A stretch of DNA of 43,753 nucleotides from Paraspadella gotoi (lineage: Eukaryota; Animalia; Chaetognatha): assembly GCA_051294375.1 (NCBI GenBank), contig CM119267.1:7029545-7073297 (forward strand), read 5' to 3'. Of this stretch, positions 12,052 to 33,720 are shown in pieces. The position numbers and the translations under genes are program-made. Position 1 is the first letter of the stretch; each line of letters begins with the position of its first letter. The notes beneath the pieces were generated by a model that was given only the letters and a program-made list of their open reading frames with translations, did not search any database and was not told where the DNA came from.

Positions 12052-12312
12052 CCAAAAGATCATCAAAAAAATGATGCAAAGTCGTTCAAACAAAATGACG
12101 CTGAGACCTTCTCACAGAATGACCCGAAAACTTTCTCACAAAATGACGAAAATACCTTTAAACAAAAGAAGCAAAGACCTTTTTCACTGAATGACCCAAA
12201 GAGCTTTTTACAGAACGACGCTCAGAACTTCTCACAGAATGACGCAAAAACCTACGTTACGAGCTTTCTTGAACTTCTGATATCAAGCCGCTCACAATTC
12301 TTATTTTATTGA
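12052..12312 (+). CDS. Candidate exon encoding an 8-aa tandem repeat (consensus NDAKTFSQ)
   Basis: Stop-to-stop open frame with exact 24-bp period at 12070, 12094 ... 12238: NDAKSFKQ NDAETFSQ NDPKTFSQ NDENTFKQ KKQRPFSL NDPKSFLQ NDAQNFSQ NDAKTY. Variation includes synonymous AAT/AAC, GAC/GAT, TTC/TTT and CAG/CAA. Confidence 0.5.
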   Translation, partial: PKDHQKNDAKSFKQNDAETFSQNDPKTFSQNDENTFKQKKQRPFSLNDPKSFLQNDAQNFSQNDAKTYVTSFLELLISSRSQFLFY

Positions 12313-12424
12313 AACAAATATGTATCTAAAGCTGATGGCGCAAAGATTAGGATCTTTGGTGGCGCACTGAAGGTTTCCGAAGGTGAAGAGAGGGGAAAAG
12401 AAGTAAAAAATTCAGGGTTTCTCG

Positions 12425-12427
12425 CGT

Positions 12428-12488
<61 letters not shown>

Positions 12489-12584
12489 GACCTGGATTCG
12501 AGCGAAAAACCATTCATGGGAATCTTTTATTGATAATAATAGAGAAAAAAAAGGAACAGACGAGATGGAAATGTTGTGGAAACG

Positions 12585-12620
<36 letters not shown>

Positions 12621-12658
12621 GTGTTGGAAGACCGTTGTCTTCTCTCTTCTCTGCTCTC

Positions 12659-12748
<90 letters not shown>

Positions 12749-12909
12749 TTCAACATCGTCGCCGTGTCTATCTTTTCTACTTTCTCTCTCTCTCTCTCTC
12801 TATCTCCTTCTAAAGCCTTTTAACTAATTTGTAATAATTTTCTCGCTTTGGAACTGGACGCCTCTCTTGGAGCGCGTGATGTAGATATCTCGCCTTCAAT
12901 TGAGAATCC

Positions 12910-12976
<67 letters not shown>

Positions 12977-12980
12977 CCCC
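12425..12980. repeat. (GTC)n and multiple (CT)n microsatellites
   Basis: (GTC)n 12425-12490; (CT)n about 12588-12800 and 12914-12977. Confidence 0.97.
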
Positions 12981-14845
12981 TTCGTCATTTTGGGATTCCA
13001 TATATTCTTTCCAACTAAAAACCATCTTTAATTTATAATATAATTTTTTTATTTTTTTTATTGTCATTATATCATTAAATCTTTTTGAGAAAAATTTTTA
13101 AACCTAATATAATACATCTAAGGTCTTTTGGCTTACAGATTTATCATCAATTTTTATTTACCTGTTTTAGTACTTGGTGTTGTGTAAAACCCAAAAGTAT
13201 ATGTAAATTTGGTTAAAAATTGGCTGAAAATTAAGTGTCCTGAATTAACTTATGATAAAAATAATACAACTAATGGTATTTAATATGTGCCTTACACTTT
13301 CAATCTGCTGAATAAAATCATTTGACTTAAAATAAGTTATATATGCACTGAGATATGACTTAAATTAAATTAAAAATTACATTTTTTAAAAGATTTTTGG
13401 GGCTTTTTTTGGTAGTACCTCAATTAAATATTTATCGTAAAGAGTTGGCAATAGGCTCAAAATGAAGGTCATATCCTATAGTTTCTAGTCAATATATATT
13501 AAGTAAAAATTATATAAAATCTTATGTTAAATATTTAAAAATTTAATTTATATTTTTTTTAAATTTTTTGGGGGATGATGTACCTATATTTAAGCTTGAA
13601 AAAATTTTTTATTTATGAATTAATTGAAAGAAGACTGTCTATAGAACTTGTTGGTATCCTCAATTTTTTAGATTAAAATCTTAACTTATTATTCTCAATA
13701 ATACTCACCATTCCATTACTTTTTTAAAGAAAAAATATAATTTTTGATTAATAACTTTTTAACCAAAAGTCGGAGAAAGTTGGGAGTGGTCTTAAATTAA
13801 AGCTCTCGGTTTACTGATATCGATTGACATATAGATGTTTGAATTGAGTCTATATTTTGCAAAATTAGTACAAAAAGTTATCAAATTTCTCAAAAATTAA
13901 CTATACCAACTTCAACTGCAATTAAAAAAAAAACTGAGTTTGGACAATTTTTCGACTCAGCTAAAGCTCTTGTCCAGACAGCACACCTTCGACGGTTTTT
14001 ATCATTCCAGAGATGGTATATTTCCATTTTCTTTTTCCTCCTATAAAAAGAACCGTGGGGAACCACTCACTTATATCGATCGAAGTGAACTTAAAATCGG
14101 AAAAATTATATAATGACATATTCGGATAGCTTAACCAGAGTAATTCTTGAAAACTTAGAGGTTATTTCTCATAAAATATTAATATTTCCAAAAATGACAA
14201 AAATGTAACATTTCATTTTTTTTACGATTCCTAAGATGACCCGAACGCTAAGCCATTTTTTTTAGCTTGTTTAATTTTTTCCTTTCACAATACGGATAAA
14301 ACAAAAACTTTAAAGAGCAATTTGAGTCCAATCAGTTAAGCGACGGAAGTTAATAGTACTAAACGTGTTTAACTACTAATTTGAAAAAGATGGAGGTATC
14401 AAAATAGGAGATTAAGAAAATTATAAATTAAAGTTTACAAGATATGTTTTTTTGGATTCTCGTTCTTTTAAAGAAAACGTTTGTTAGGTTATTATCCATG
14501 TTATTAAATTTATTTACATCAAAAAGTTTAACAAGATTTAATGTAACTCAATCTAACATGTAAATAACAAAGATAGAAGATTCTTACAGAGAATTTCGCC
14601 GTCACTGAGTGTAAAACAATAATTTCCCAAAAATCTAAAACTTTATTCTCGGTGACTGACGTGTCAAATATGTGACAAATTGTATTCAATATATCTTAAA
14701 ATAATTTTGAATTTCAAATGTCAAATTTCTAATCAATTTTTTCACACCAATATTCGTGATTACTTATGTTTTTTTCCCTCTCTCTGTCTCTCTTATGTCT
14801 GTCTCTGCTTCCTTATATTCAATGTTCTGTGTTGGATTGATGAAA

Positions 14846-14963
14846 AACGAATTGTAATTTGATATTAAGACATGTTTGCGACTCCTGAGTTTAGAGTCTC
14901 ATCTTCATCAAGACTCTAAACTCAGGAGTCGAAACATGTCTTAATATCAAAATACAATTCGTT
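14846..14963. repeat. 118-bp near-perfect inverted repeat (53-54 bp arms, 11-nt loop)
   Basis: 14846-14899 pairs with 14911-14963 with one mismatch and one bulge; also present at about 22168-22288 and 27305-27426. Confidence 0.93.
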
Positions 14964-16019
14964 GACAGAAACAAATAATTATTGTTTTTTCTCCAAATTA
15001 TTTTATTTAAAAAAAAAATTACTAACGTCTTTCGTCATGAGACAATTATCAAATTGTTTTCTTACACCACTTCAAAATCGCAGTTAAAAAAAATAATTAT
15101 ACTTAGTAAAATGGTTCTTATCGAAGTGTTAGAAAAAAAATTAATTTGAAATCATTTTGGCATTACTCATTTTGCGGATCGTTGCGGATGAAATCCCGAA
15201 CACATCAAGTCGTTATAATATAACATCATTATATTAATTAGAATGGTAGTGATTCCCCATGATTCCCTGATATATTCTACAGCTAGTTTTCACAAAACTC
15301 AGATACAGTAAAACTTTTCAGAACAAATTTGTATTTAAATCCATACTAGGTTATCCAGTTGTTTATCAAGATTTAAAAAAAAAAGTAAATTTATCATAAA
15401 GTTCCTGGAATATTAGCTCGACAAAGTGAGTCTGACAATAAAGAGAAAAGCCTTATATCTCCTTAAGAAATGATTGTTGACAACTGATATTACTTGAGAG
15501 GTTTCCGATGTGATAGTCACTTATTAATTAAAAGCATATATATTTTTGTACGATGAACTAACCTTATTCCGAGGACGACTCTGACAAACGAGTTTGATTT
15601 TAAATTTAATTTTCATGAAATCATGTCGGTCGATTTTTTGTTAAACTAAATTCAAAAGTATTGACAAGAAAAGACCACAAACTTTCGCGTCCTCAACGCT
15701 TCGAAAAACCTAGATTTGAATCCATGATTTAGAATTCGATATCAAACGTTTTATTAAACAAAATTGTCAAGTGCATTCACACAAAAAACATCAAATATGC
15801 AAGAGGTCCACAGTCGTCTGGAAAGAGGTTGACTTTCAATTCGCTGTAAAGAGCGAACGAGAGAGAGGAGAGAGAGATAGAGAGAGAGCAGAGAGAAGAG
15901 GAGGAGAGAGGAGAAGAGAGGACGAATTAGTGTAGGGAATCCACTTCGGCGTCGTGCAGACGTGCGACCGGGACGCGGCGGCAAGGAGACATACCCTCTC
16001 CCATAAGCCCGCGAATCTT

Positions 16020-16677
16020 CTTTACATCTCTTACCATCTCCTATCTCTTACCACCTCCACAGTTTGTACCCATCTTCCTATCTTTTACCATCTGCTTACC
16101 CATTCTCCTATTCTCTTAAACCCAACTCCACAGTTTGTACCCTCTCCTATCTTTTACCATCTCTTACCATCTCTCTATCTTCTTACCTAACTCCCACAGT
16201 TTGTACCCTCTCCTATCTTTTACTATCTCTTACCATCTCCTATCTCTTACCACCTCCACACTTTGTTACCCTCTCCTATTCTTTTACCATTCTCTTACCA
16301 TTCTCCTATCTCTTACCACCTCCACAGTTGGTAACCTCTCCTATCTTTTCATTTTACCACTCTCTATCTCTACCACCTCACAGTTTACTCTCCTATCTTT
16401 TACCATGTCTCGTTACCATCTCCTATCTCTACATCTCCGACAGTTGCTTACGCTCTCCTATGCTTGTACCACTGCGTTGACGCATCACCTATTTTTACCA
16501 TCTCCACAGTTTTGTACCCTCTCCTATCTTTTACCAGTCTGCTTACCATCATCCTATCTCTGACCATTCACACTTTTACCGCTCTCCTATCTTGGTATTT
16601 ACCATCTCTTACCATCTCCTATCTCTTACCATCTCCACAGTTTTAGCCCTCTCCTATCTTTACCATCTCCTATCTCA
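16020..16677 (+). repeat. 62-bp pyrimidine-rich minisatellite at the A/B junction
   Basis: Unit CTCCACAGTTTGTACCCTCTCCTATCTTTTACCATCTCTTACCATCTCCTATCTCTTACCAC, about 10 noisy units. Confidence 0.93.
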
Positions 16678-17213
16678 AACTTTTTTTCTTTTACTCTCGA
16701 CTTCCTTTGTTTTCCTCTCCTTTACTTTGCTTTTTTAAGTCAATACAAAATGACTGACATGTGAACTGGCTAAAACTGATGCTTAAAGATGCTTTATTAT
16801 CTCTACCATTTTTCTCCATCACTTATTGTATACATTCATACGACGAAAAAAATATCAAAATGACTTAATCGAATAATCAATCAAAAAAACTTCACTCGCC
16901 CTTTTAAACTTCCACACCTTTACCTCCCCTTCCTCCCTTTCTTATCCTTCCCGCTTTTTTTCTCCTTTTACCATTCCCGCCCAGAAAACCGGCGGCCATT
17001 ACGCGAGAGATGAAGCCTCATTTTCGCCGCCTTTTTCAAACCTAAAAAAAAAAAGAGAAAAAAGTGCCACCAAGGAGCGCAATTTTTTTTCTCCCTTTTT
17101 TTTCGTCACTTTTTTTCCCAATGTTTTGCTCTTTTTTTTCTTATACTTCATCGGAAATCGAGGAAATGAACCTGAAATGGAAAAAATTTGCTGAGAGAGA
17201 GGAGAGAAGAGAG

Positions 17214-17256
<43 letters not shown>

Positions 17257-17572
17257 ACCCTCAAGATGATGGATCGAATTAAGAGAAATCGTGGCAAGTT
17301 CTGCCGAAATTTGATGCATTTGGATTTCAATTTTTTTGAATTTCGCTTTTGGAAGAAAGTCCTCTCGTTCGGATGGAGAAGAGAGAGAGAGAGAGAGAGA
17401 GAAGAGAGGAGACATCTCGAGATGGAAAGTAGGGAATTGGGGGAAAAGGGGAAAATAGCGGATAGGTGGAAGGGGGTCAGTAACGGACACGGTCTATTTT
17501 ATGGTAGGTAGTCTCGACTGTAGTTTGGCGGCATTGTCCAGTAGGACTACCTCTCGTCTCTCTGCTCGTCTC

Positions 17573-17609
<37 letters not shown>

Positions 17610-17614
<5 letters not shown>

Positions 17615-17885
17615 GCTATACTCAGAAGCTCGTATCGAGGCGGCAGCGTCCGGGAGAAGCCGCGCGGCGGCCGCCGATCGGCTTCTCCCTGCGCTCTCGA
17701 CTTCCTCGGGCTCATCTTACTGCTCTTCCTCTTCCTTCTCCTATCTCCCGGATCCGCGCGACGGGCAGAGTCGATCCTCGGAGCCGCGAGCGACTGAATC
17801 TCCTTTTCTCTCTCTCGTTACCTTTCGTCACGCCGAGTCTCTACGTGCCCGAGCGGATCAATCATGGGTTCGCACGGATCGGGAG
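17610..17885. promoter_or_regulatory. GC/CpG-rich island, possible promoter or first exon (copy at about 31600-31855)
   Basis: Local CpG-dense, GC-rich patch in AT-rich background; ATCAATCATGGGTTCGC is conserved in both copies. Function inferred only. Confidence 0.3.
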
Positions 17886-18660
17886 TCTTTTTCTTCAAGA
17901 AATTGTATTTGAGATAGTATTTGTGATTGTCATTGCTACTGTAATGAAGGTTTGTTATTTCTCTGCCTGCAAGGGTAAATAAGTGATATAAATTTATTCT
18001 TATTGAAATAAAACTTAAGGTCGCCGGAGTTTTGCACAAACATCTTTCTTGGGGTGAGGTCCGACGAAATTTAGGAATTGTTAACTGATAAACTTTCTGT
18101 TAGATTGTTTTTTAAATGGAGAATTGTGGCGAACACTTCAATCAAAATTTTTTTGTTTTAACTGTTTTTAAGTTAGACAATTTGTTTCTAATTCTATTGG
18201 CTTTATTGAAGCATTACAGAGTCTCAGATACTCCGAGGTTCAGGGGAATCTCCCCACAAGTCATTGACTTTAAACTGGTGGGCCTTCAGTTTTAGGGCAA
18301 TCATCGTGACCCTGGCGGTTAGAGTTTTCCTGTAACGCCGTTGAAGACTTCGGCAACGGCCGTATCTGATCGCGAATTGGTTGCCTAAACCAGGTGCCCC
18401 CGTCTGACACGTCTGAATCGAAGGAGTCTGCAAGAGAATCTCTAGAGAGGCCTTAGCCCCTGTGCACTCAAGGATATTGGATCGCTTCCACTCAGCCCAC
18501 CAACCCAGATCAAAGCGTCGACTGCAATAACAGACACCGAAGGCAAACGACTCCCACCTCCATAGAAAGCAGTCTTTTTTTCGTCCGGAACCAGACGTCG
18601 CCTCGTCTGCCTCTCCAGGATCGCGTCGTACGTGAACTTTCAATTCCGGCGACGTCTTAA

Positions 18661-19153
18661 AGGAGTCAACTTTTTAAGTAGACGTGAATGTATGTATCAT
18701 AGATAAACGGCAGCGACAATTGACAAAAATACACATGGTTATATATGTATATCGCCGTATTCGGACCTGATCCAAAAGCACTTGGTATTTTCAACTCCGG
18801 CTAACAACCGGATCCAGGTCTTGCTTAATTTTAAACATACAAATAGAATGTTTATGAATTGATAAAATGCAATAAACATTGTGAAAACTACATATCGAAT
18901 TAAAGTACAATTTGTATGATTCTAATAATACAAATGATCGTAATTGTATTTCACAAGCAATTCATCAAAAAACGATCTTTCAATTTTCATAAAATGTAAA
19001 ACTCTTTATTCTGTGCTTATGGTTTGTCGAAGTCTCTGATTCGTTGAGCTTTTTTCGCTTTCTCTTCTCGAGCGTTTTGAGGCGAAATCTTTCTCCGGTG
19101 TGCGCTGGATCCGAGCAGCGTGCTGTGCGAGAGATTGTCGCCCGAATGAGTCT
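18661..19153. mobile_element. ~490-bp insertion at a TTAA site, Kolobok-like non-autonomous element
   Basis: Present in B copy 1 as TTAA|AGGAGTCA...TGAGTCT|TTA(G). B copy 2 has only TTAA (32665-32668) followed by the same right flank GGAGGC(C)AAAAATCCATCT. Confidence 0.5.
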
Positions 19154-19199
19154 TTAGGAGGCAAAAATCCATCTAAAATAAGGTAATTGAAGCCAAATA

Positions 19200-20180
19200 A
19201 TCCGATTCCAAATCAGCAGGGAAAAGGTCAAACCGATGGGCACTCGATAGGAGTAGCGTGCCTTGTTGTTACAAACCGCCCGCCAGCACCCCTCTTACCT
19301 GCCCCCCTAATCCGCTGAATATACTGGACGCCGAAGACGAAAGATATCGGCTCCGCGATCCCATCAGACTCTGCGAGAAAGCCAAAAAAGGCAAAGGCGA
19401 AAAACCAGAGGCAAGCATAAGACCGCTCGCCGAGGGCTACTTCAACTCGAGTCCCTCTTTCCAAAGAGAATCTGACAAGATCCCTCCTGCTATGCAGCCC
19501 GGACTTTTAAAAAAGGCACAACATCTTGAAGATCGCTGCCTCTGAGCCGGACTTTTAAAAAGGCAAAAACATCTGGAAAGATCCTCCTTCGATAAGGTCC
19601 TGGACTCTTAAAAGGGCCAAATCTGAAAGATCCTCCTCTGATGCCGGGACGTAAACAAGGCAAAAATCTGAAATGATTCGGCTGGCGTCTGAGCTGGACT
19701 TTAAAAAGGCAAAATCTGCAAAGAGTCCCTGCCTGCTACCAGACTTTAAAAGGCAAAATGCTGAAAGAGTCTCCTCGTGAGCGGACTTTGAATAAAGGCA
19801 AATTCTGAAAAGATTCTCCTTGCTGAGCGCGGACTTTTAAAGAAGGCAAATCTGGAAAGATGCCCCTGGAGCCATGACGTAAAAGAGCAGAAGTCTGAAA
19901 GATCCTCCTCTGGAGCCTGAGCTTAAAAAAGCAAAATCTGAAAGATGCCTCGGCTCTGATGCTGGACTTTTAAAAAGGCAAAATCTGGATGCCTCCTCTG
20001 AGGCTTGGACTTTAAAAATAGTGGCATAAATATGAAACATGATCTTCTCTCTCTGAGCTGATGTAAAAATGTGGCAAAATTGAAATGTAAGTCCTCCTCG
20101 AGCCGGACCTTTAAAAACGGACAAAAATCTGGAAAATCTCCTTCTGAGCTGGACTTTAAACGGCAAAATCTTTAAAAGGC
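19200..20180 (+). pseudogene. Noisy second copy of the 5' part of the orphan repeat ORF, including the 42-bp array (about 19469-20180)
   Basis: ILDAEDERYRLRDPIRLCEKAKKGK (ORF 19258) matches ILDAEDERFRLAHPIRLCREAKKAK (ORF 32770). Confidence 0.5.
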
Positions 20181-20225
20181 AATAAGCATCTCTCTTTTCT
20201 NNNNNNNNNNNNNNNNNNNNNNNNN

Positions 20226-20605
20226 TTTGTACCCTCTCCTATCTTTTACCATCTCTTACCATCTCTTATCTCTTACCACCTCCAAAGTTTGTACCCTCTC
20301 CTATCTTTTACCATTTCTTACCATCTCCTATCTCTTACCAACTCCACACTTTGTACCCTCTCCTATCTTTTACCATCTCTTACCATTTCCTATCTCTTAA
20401 CACCTCCACAGTTGGTACCCTCTCCTATCTTTTACCATCTCTTACCATCTCCTATCTCTTACCACCTCCACAGTTTGTACCCTCTCCTATCTTTTACCAT
20501 CTCTTACCATCTCCTATCTCTTACCAACTCCACAGTTTGTACCCTCTCCTATCTTTTACTATCTCTTACCATCTCCTATCTCTTACCACCTCCACACTTT
20601 GTACC
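20226..20605 (+). repeat. Clean contig of the 62-bp minisatellite (about 6 units) between two 25-N gaps
   Basis: TTTGTACCC at 20226, 20288 and 20350 gives a period of 62. Confidence 0.97.
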
Positions 20606-20630
20606 NNNNNNNNNNNNNNNNNNNNNNNNN

Positions 20631-25376
<4,746 letters not shown>

Positions 25377-25490
25377 CTTACCCTCTCCTATCTTTTACCA
25401 TCTCTTACCATCACCTATTTCTTACCATCTCCACAGTTTATACCCTCTCCTATCTTTTACCATCTNNNNNNNNNNNNNNNNNNNNNNNNN

Positions 25491-30604
<5,114 letters not shown>

Positions 30605-30607
30605 CTT

Positions 30608-31152
30608 CAGTTTGTACCCTCTCCTATCTTTTACCATCTCCTATCTCAAACTTTTTTTCTTACTCTCGACTTCCTTTGTTTTCCTCTCTTTACTTTGCTT
30701 TTTTTTAAGTAATACAAAATGACTGACATTGAACTGGCTAAAACTGATGCTTAAAATGCTTTATTATCTCTACCATTTTTCCATCACTTATTTATACATT
30801 CATACGACGAAAAAATATCAAAATGACTTAATCGAATAATCAATCAAAAAAAACTTCACTCGCCCTTTTAAACTTCCACACCTTTACCTCCCCTTCCTCC
30901 CTTTCTTATTCCTTCCCGCCTTTTTTTCTCCTTTTACCATTCCCCGCCCAGAAAACCGGCGGCCATTACCGCGAGAGATGGAAGCCTCATTTTCGCCGCC
31001 TTTTCAAACCTAAAAAAAAAAGAGAAAAAAGTGCCACCAAGGACGCAATTTTTTTTCTCCCTTTTTTTTTCGTCACTTTTTTTCCAATGTTTTGCTCTTT
31101 TTTTTTTATACTTCATCGGAAATCGAGGAAATGAACCTGAAATGGGAAAAAT

Positions 31153-31213
<61 letters not shown>

Positions 31214-31533
31214 AACCCTCAAGATGATGGATTCGAATTAAGAGAAATCGTGGCAATTTTCTGCCGAAATTTGATGCATTTGGATTTCAATTTTTTTTGA
31301 ATTTCGCTTTTTGGAAGAAAGTCCTCTCGTTCCGGATTGGTAAGAGAGAGACGAGAGAAGAGAGAGAGGAGAGAGAGAGAAGAGAGAGACATCTCGAGAT
31401 GGAAAAAGGGAGATTGTGGGGGGAAAAGCGGGGAAAATAGCGGATAGGTGGAAGGGGGTCAGTAACGGAAACGGTTATTTTATGGTAGGTAGTCTCGACT
31501 GGTATTGCGCGGCATTGTCCATTAGGACTACTC

Positions 31534-31586
<53 letters not shown>

Positions 31587-33720
31587 GGGCTGATACTCAG
31601 AAGCTTCGTATCAGCGCAGCGGTCCGGGAGGAGCCGCGCGGCGGCCGATCGGCTTCTCCCTGCCTTCGACTTCGCCGGCTCATCTTACTCCTCTTCTCTT
31701 CCTTCTCCCTATCTCCCCGGATCCGCGCGGACGCAGAGTCGATCCGGTCGGAGCCGCAGCGACTGATTCTCTCTTTTCTCTCTCTCTTACCTTCGTCACC
31801 GCCGAGTCTCTACTGCCTCCGAGCGGATCAATCATGGGTTCGCCGGATCCGGGAGTCTGTTTTCTTCAAGAAATTGTATTTGAGATAGTATTGTGATTGT
31901 CATTGCTACTGTAATGAAGGGTTTGTTATTTTCTCTGCCTGCAAGGTAAATAAGTGAATAAATTTATTCTTATTGAAGTAAAACTTAGGTCGCCAGGATT
32001 TGACATAACATCTTGTCGTTGGGTTGAGAGTCACGAAAATTTAGGAATTTAACTATAAAAAAATAACTTTTCAGTTAGAATTTTTTTTAAATGGAGAATG
32101 TGTTGCCGAAACACTTCAATCAAAATTCTTTTTTTAAAACTGTTTTTAAGATCAATTGTGATCTCTAATTGTATTTGGCCTTTTTATTTTGAAGCTATTA
32201 CGAAGGTCTCATAAAGATACCTCCAGCTTCAGGGGAATCTCCCCAAAGTCATGACTTTAAAACTGGTGCCTTTCAGATTTTAGGCAATCATCGTACCCTG
32301 GCGGTAAGTTTCCACGTAACCCCGTTAGGACTTCGGCAACGGCCGTATCTGGATCGCAATTGGTCGCCTAAACAGGTGCCCCCCTCTACACTCTAATCGA
32401 AGGAGTTCCAAAGAATCTCTAGAGGAGTGCCTCAGCCCCTGGCTCACTCAAGATATTGGATCGCTTCCCTCAGCCCACCAACCCAGATCAAAACGTGCAC
32501 TGGCGGAATGGGAACAACACCGAGATGCGACCAAACGGACTCACTCAACCTGCCATAGGAAGCAATCTTTTTTTTACTCCGGAAACCAATCGCCCTCGCT
32601 CTTGCCTCTCCAGATGGCTGTCGCTACGTGACTTTAGCCAATTGGGGCGGACGTCCCAATAGTTTTAAGGAGGCCAAAAATCCATCTAAATAAGGTAATT
32701 GAAGCCAAAATTATCCGATTCCAAATCAGCAAGAAGGTCAAAACCGAGGCACTCGATCATGGGAGTAGCGTGCCTTTTTTACAACCGCCCTCCGACCCCT
32801 CTACCTGCCCCCAATCCGCTGATATACTGGACGCCGAAGACGAAAGATTTCGTCTCGCGCATCCCATCAGACTCTGCCGAGAAGCCAAAAAGGCAAAGGC
32901 GAAAATCCAAGAGGAAGCATACGACGCCACCGAGGCTACTTCAACTCGAGCTCCTCTTCCAAAGAGGAATCTGAAAGATCCTCCTCTGAGCCGGACTAGC
33001 TCTGAAACTAGGGCTTAAAAAGGCAAAATCTGAAAGATCCTCCTCTGAGCCGGACTTTAAAAGGCAAAATCTTGAAAGATCCTCCTCTGAGCCGGACTTT
33101 TAAAAAGGCAAAATCTGAAAGATCCTCCTCTGAGCCGGACTTTAAAAAGGCAAAATCTGAAAGATCCTCCTCTGAGCTGGACTTTAAAAAGGCAAATCTG
33201 AAAGATCCTCCTCTGAGCCGGACTTTAAAAAGGCAAAATCTGAAAGATCCTCCTCTGAGCCGGACTTTAAAAAGGCAAAATCTGAAAGATCCTCCTCTGA
33301 GCCGGACTTTAAAAAAGGCAAAATCTGAAAGATCCTCCTCTGAGCCGGACTTTAAAAAGGCAAAATCTGAAAGATCCTCCTCTGAGCCAGACTTTAAAAA
33401 GGCAAAATCTGAAAGATCCTCCTCTACGCTGACTTTTAAAAAAGCAAAATCTGAAAGATCCTCCTCTGAGCTGGACTTTAAAAAGGCAAAATCTGAAAGA
33501 TCCTCCTCTGAGCTGGACTTTAAAAAGGCAAAATCTGAAAGATCCTCCTCTGAGCTGGACTTTAAAAAAGCAAAAATCTGAAAGATCCTCCTCTTGAGCT
33601 GGACTTTTAAAAGCAAAATCTGAAAGATCCTCCTCTGAGCTGGACTTGAAAAGGGCCGCAAAATCTGAAAGATCCTCCTCTGAGCTGGACTTTAAAACGG
33701 CAAAATCTTTAAAAGGCAAA
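30608..33720 (+). repeat. Block B, copy 2 (continues into unique sequence)
   Basis: Starts ...TACCATCTCCTATCTCAAACTTTTTT as at about 16660; lacks the 490-bp insertion. Confidence 0.95.

Larger units (their letters stand above)
11790..16650 (+). repeat. Block A, forward copy
   Basis: Reverse complement aligns collinearly to 20631-25376 and 25491-30604; shared boundary GAAACCGAGAAGAATATCTTCG at 11790. Confidence 0.95.
16641..20180 (+). repeat. Block B, copy 1 (quality decays toward the gap)
   Basis: Collinear with 30608-33720 except for an extra 18661-19153. Confidence 0.95.

Noticed and set aside
13080-14300. AT-rich stretch resembling a non-autonomous DNA transposon interior
   Set aside because: No terminal inverted repeats or target duplication could be identified by eye.
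18224-18643. 139-aa minus-strand ORF
   Set aside because: Not maintained in the second copy (32217-32650); sequence is too noisy to fix strand or frame.
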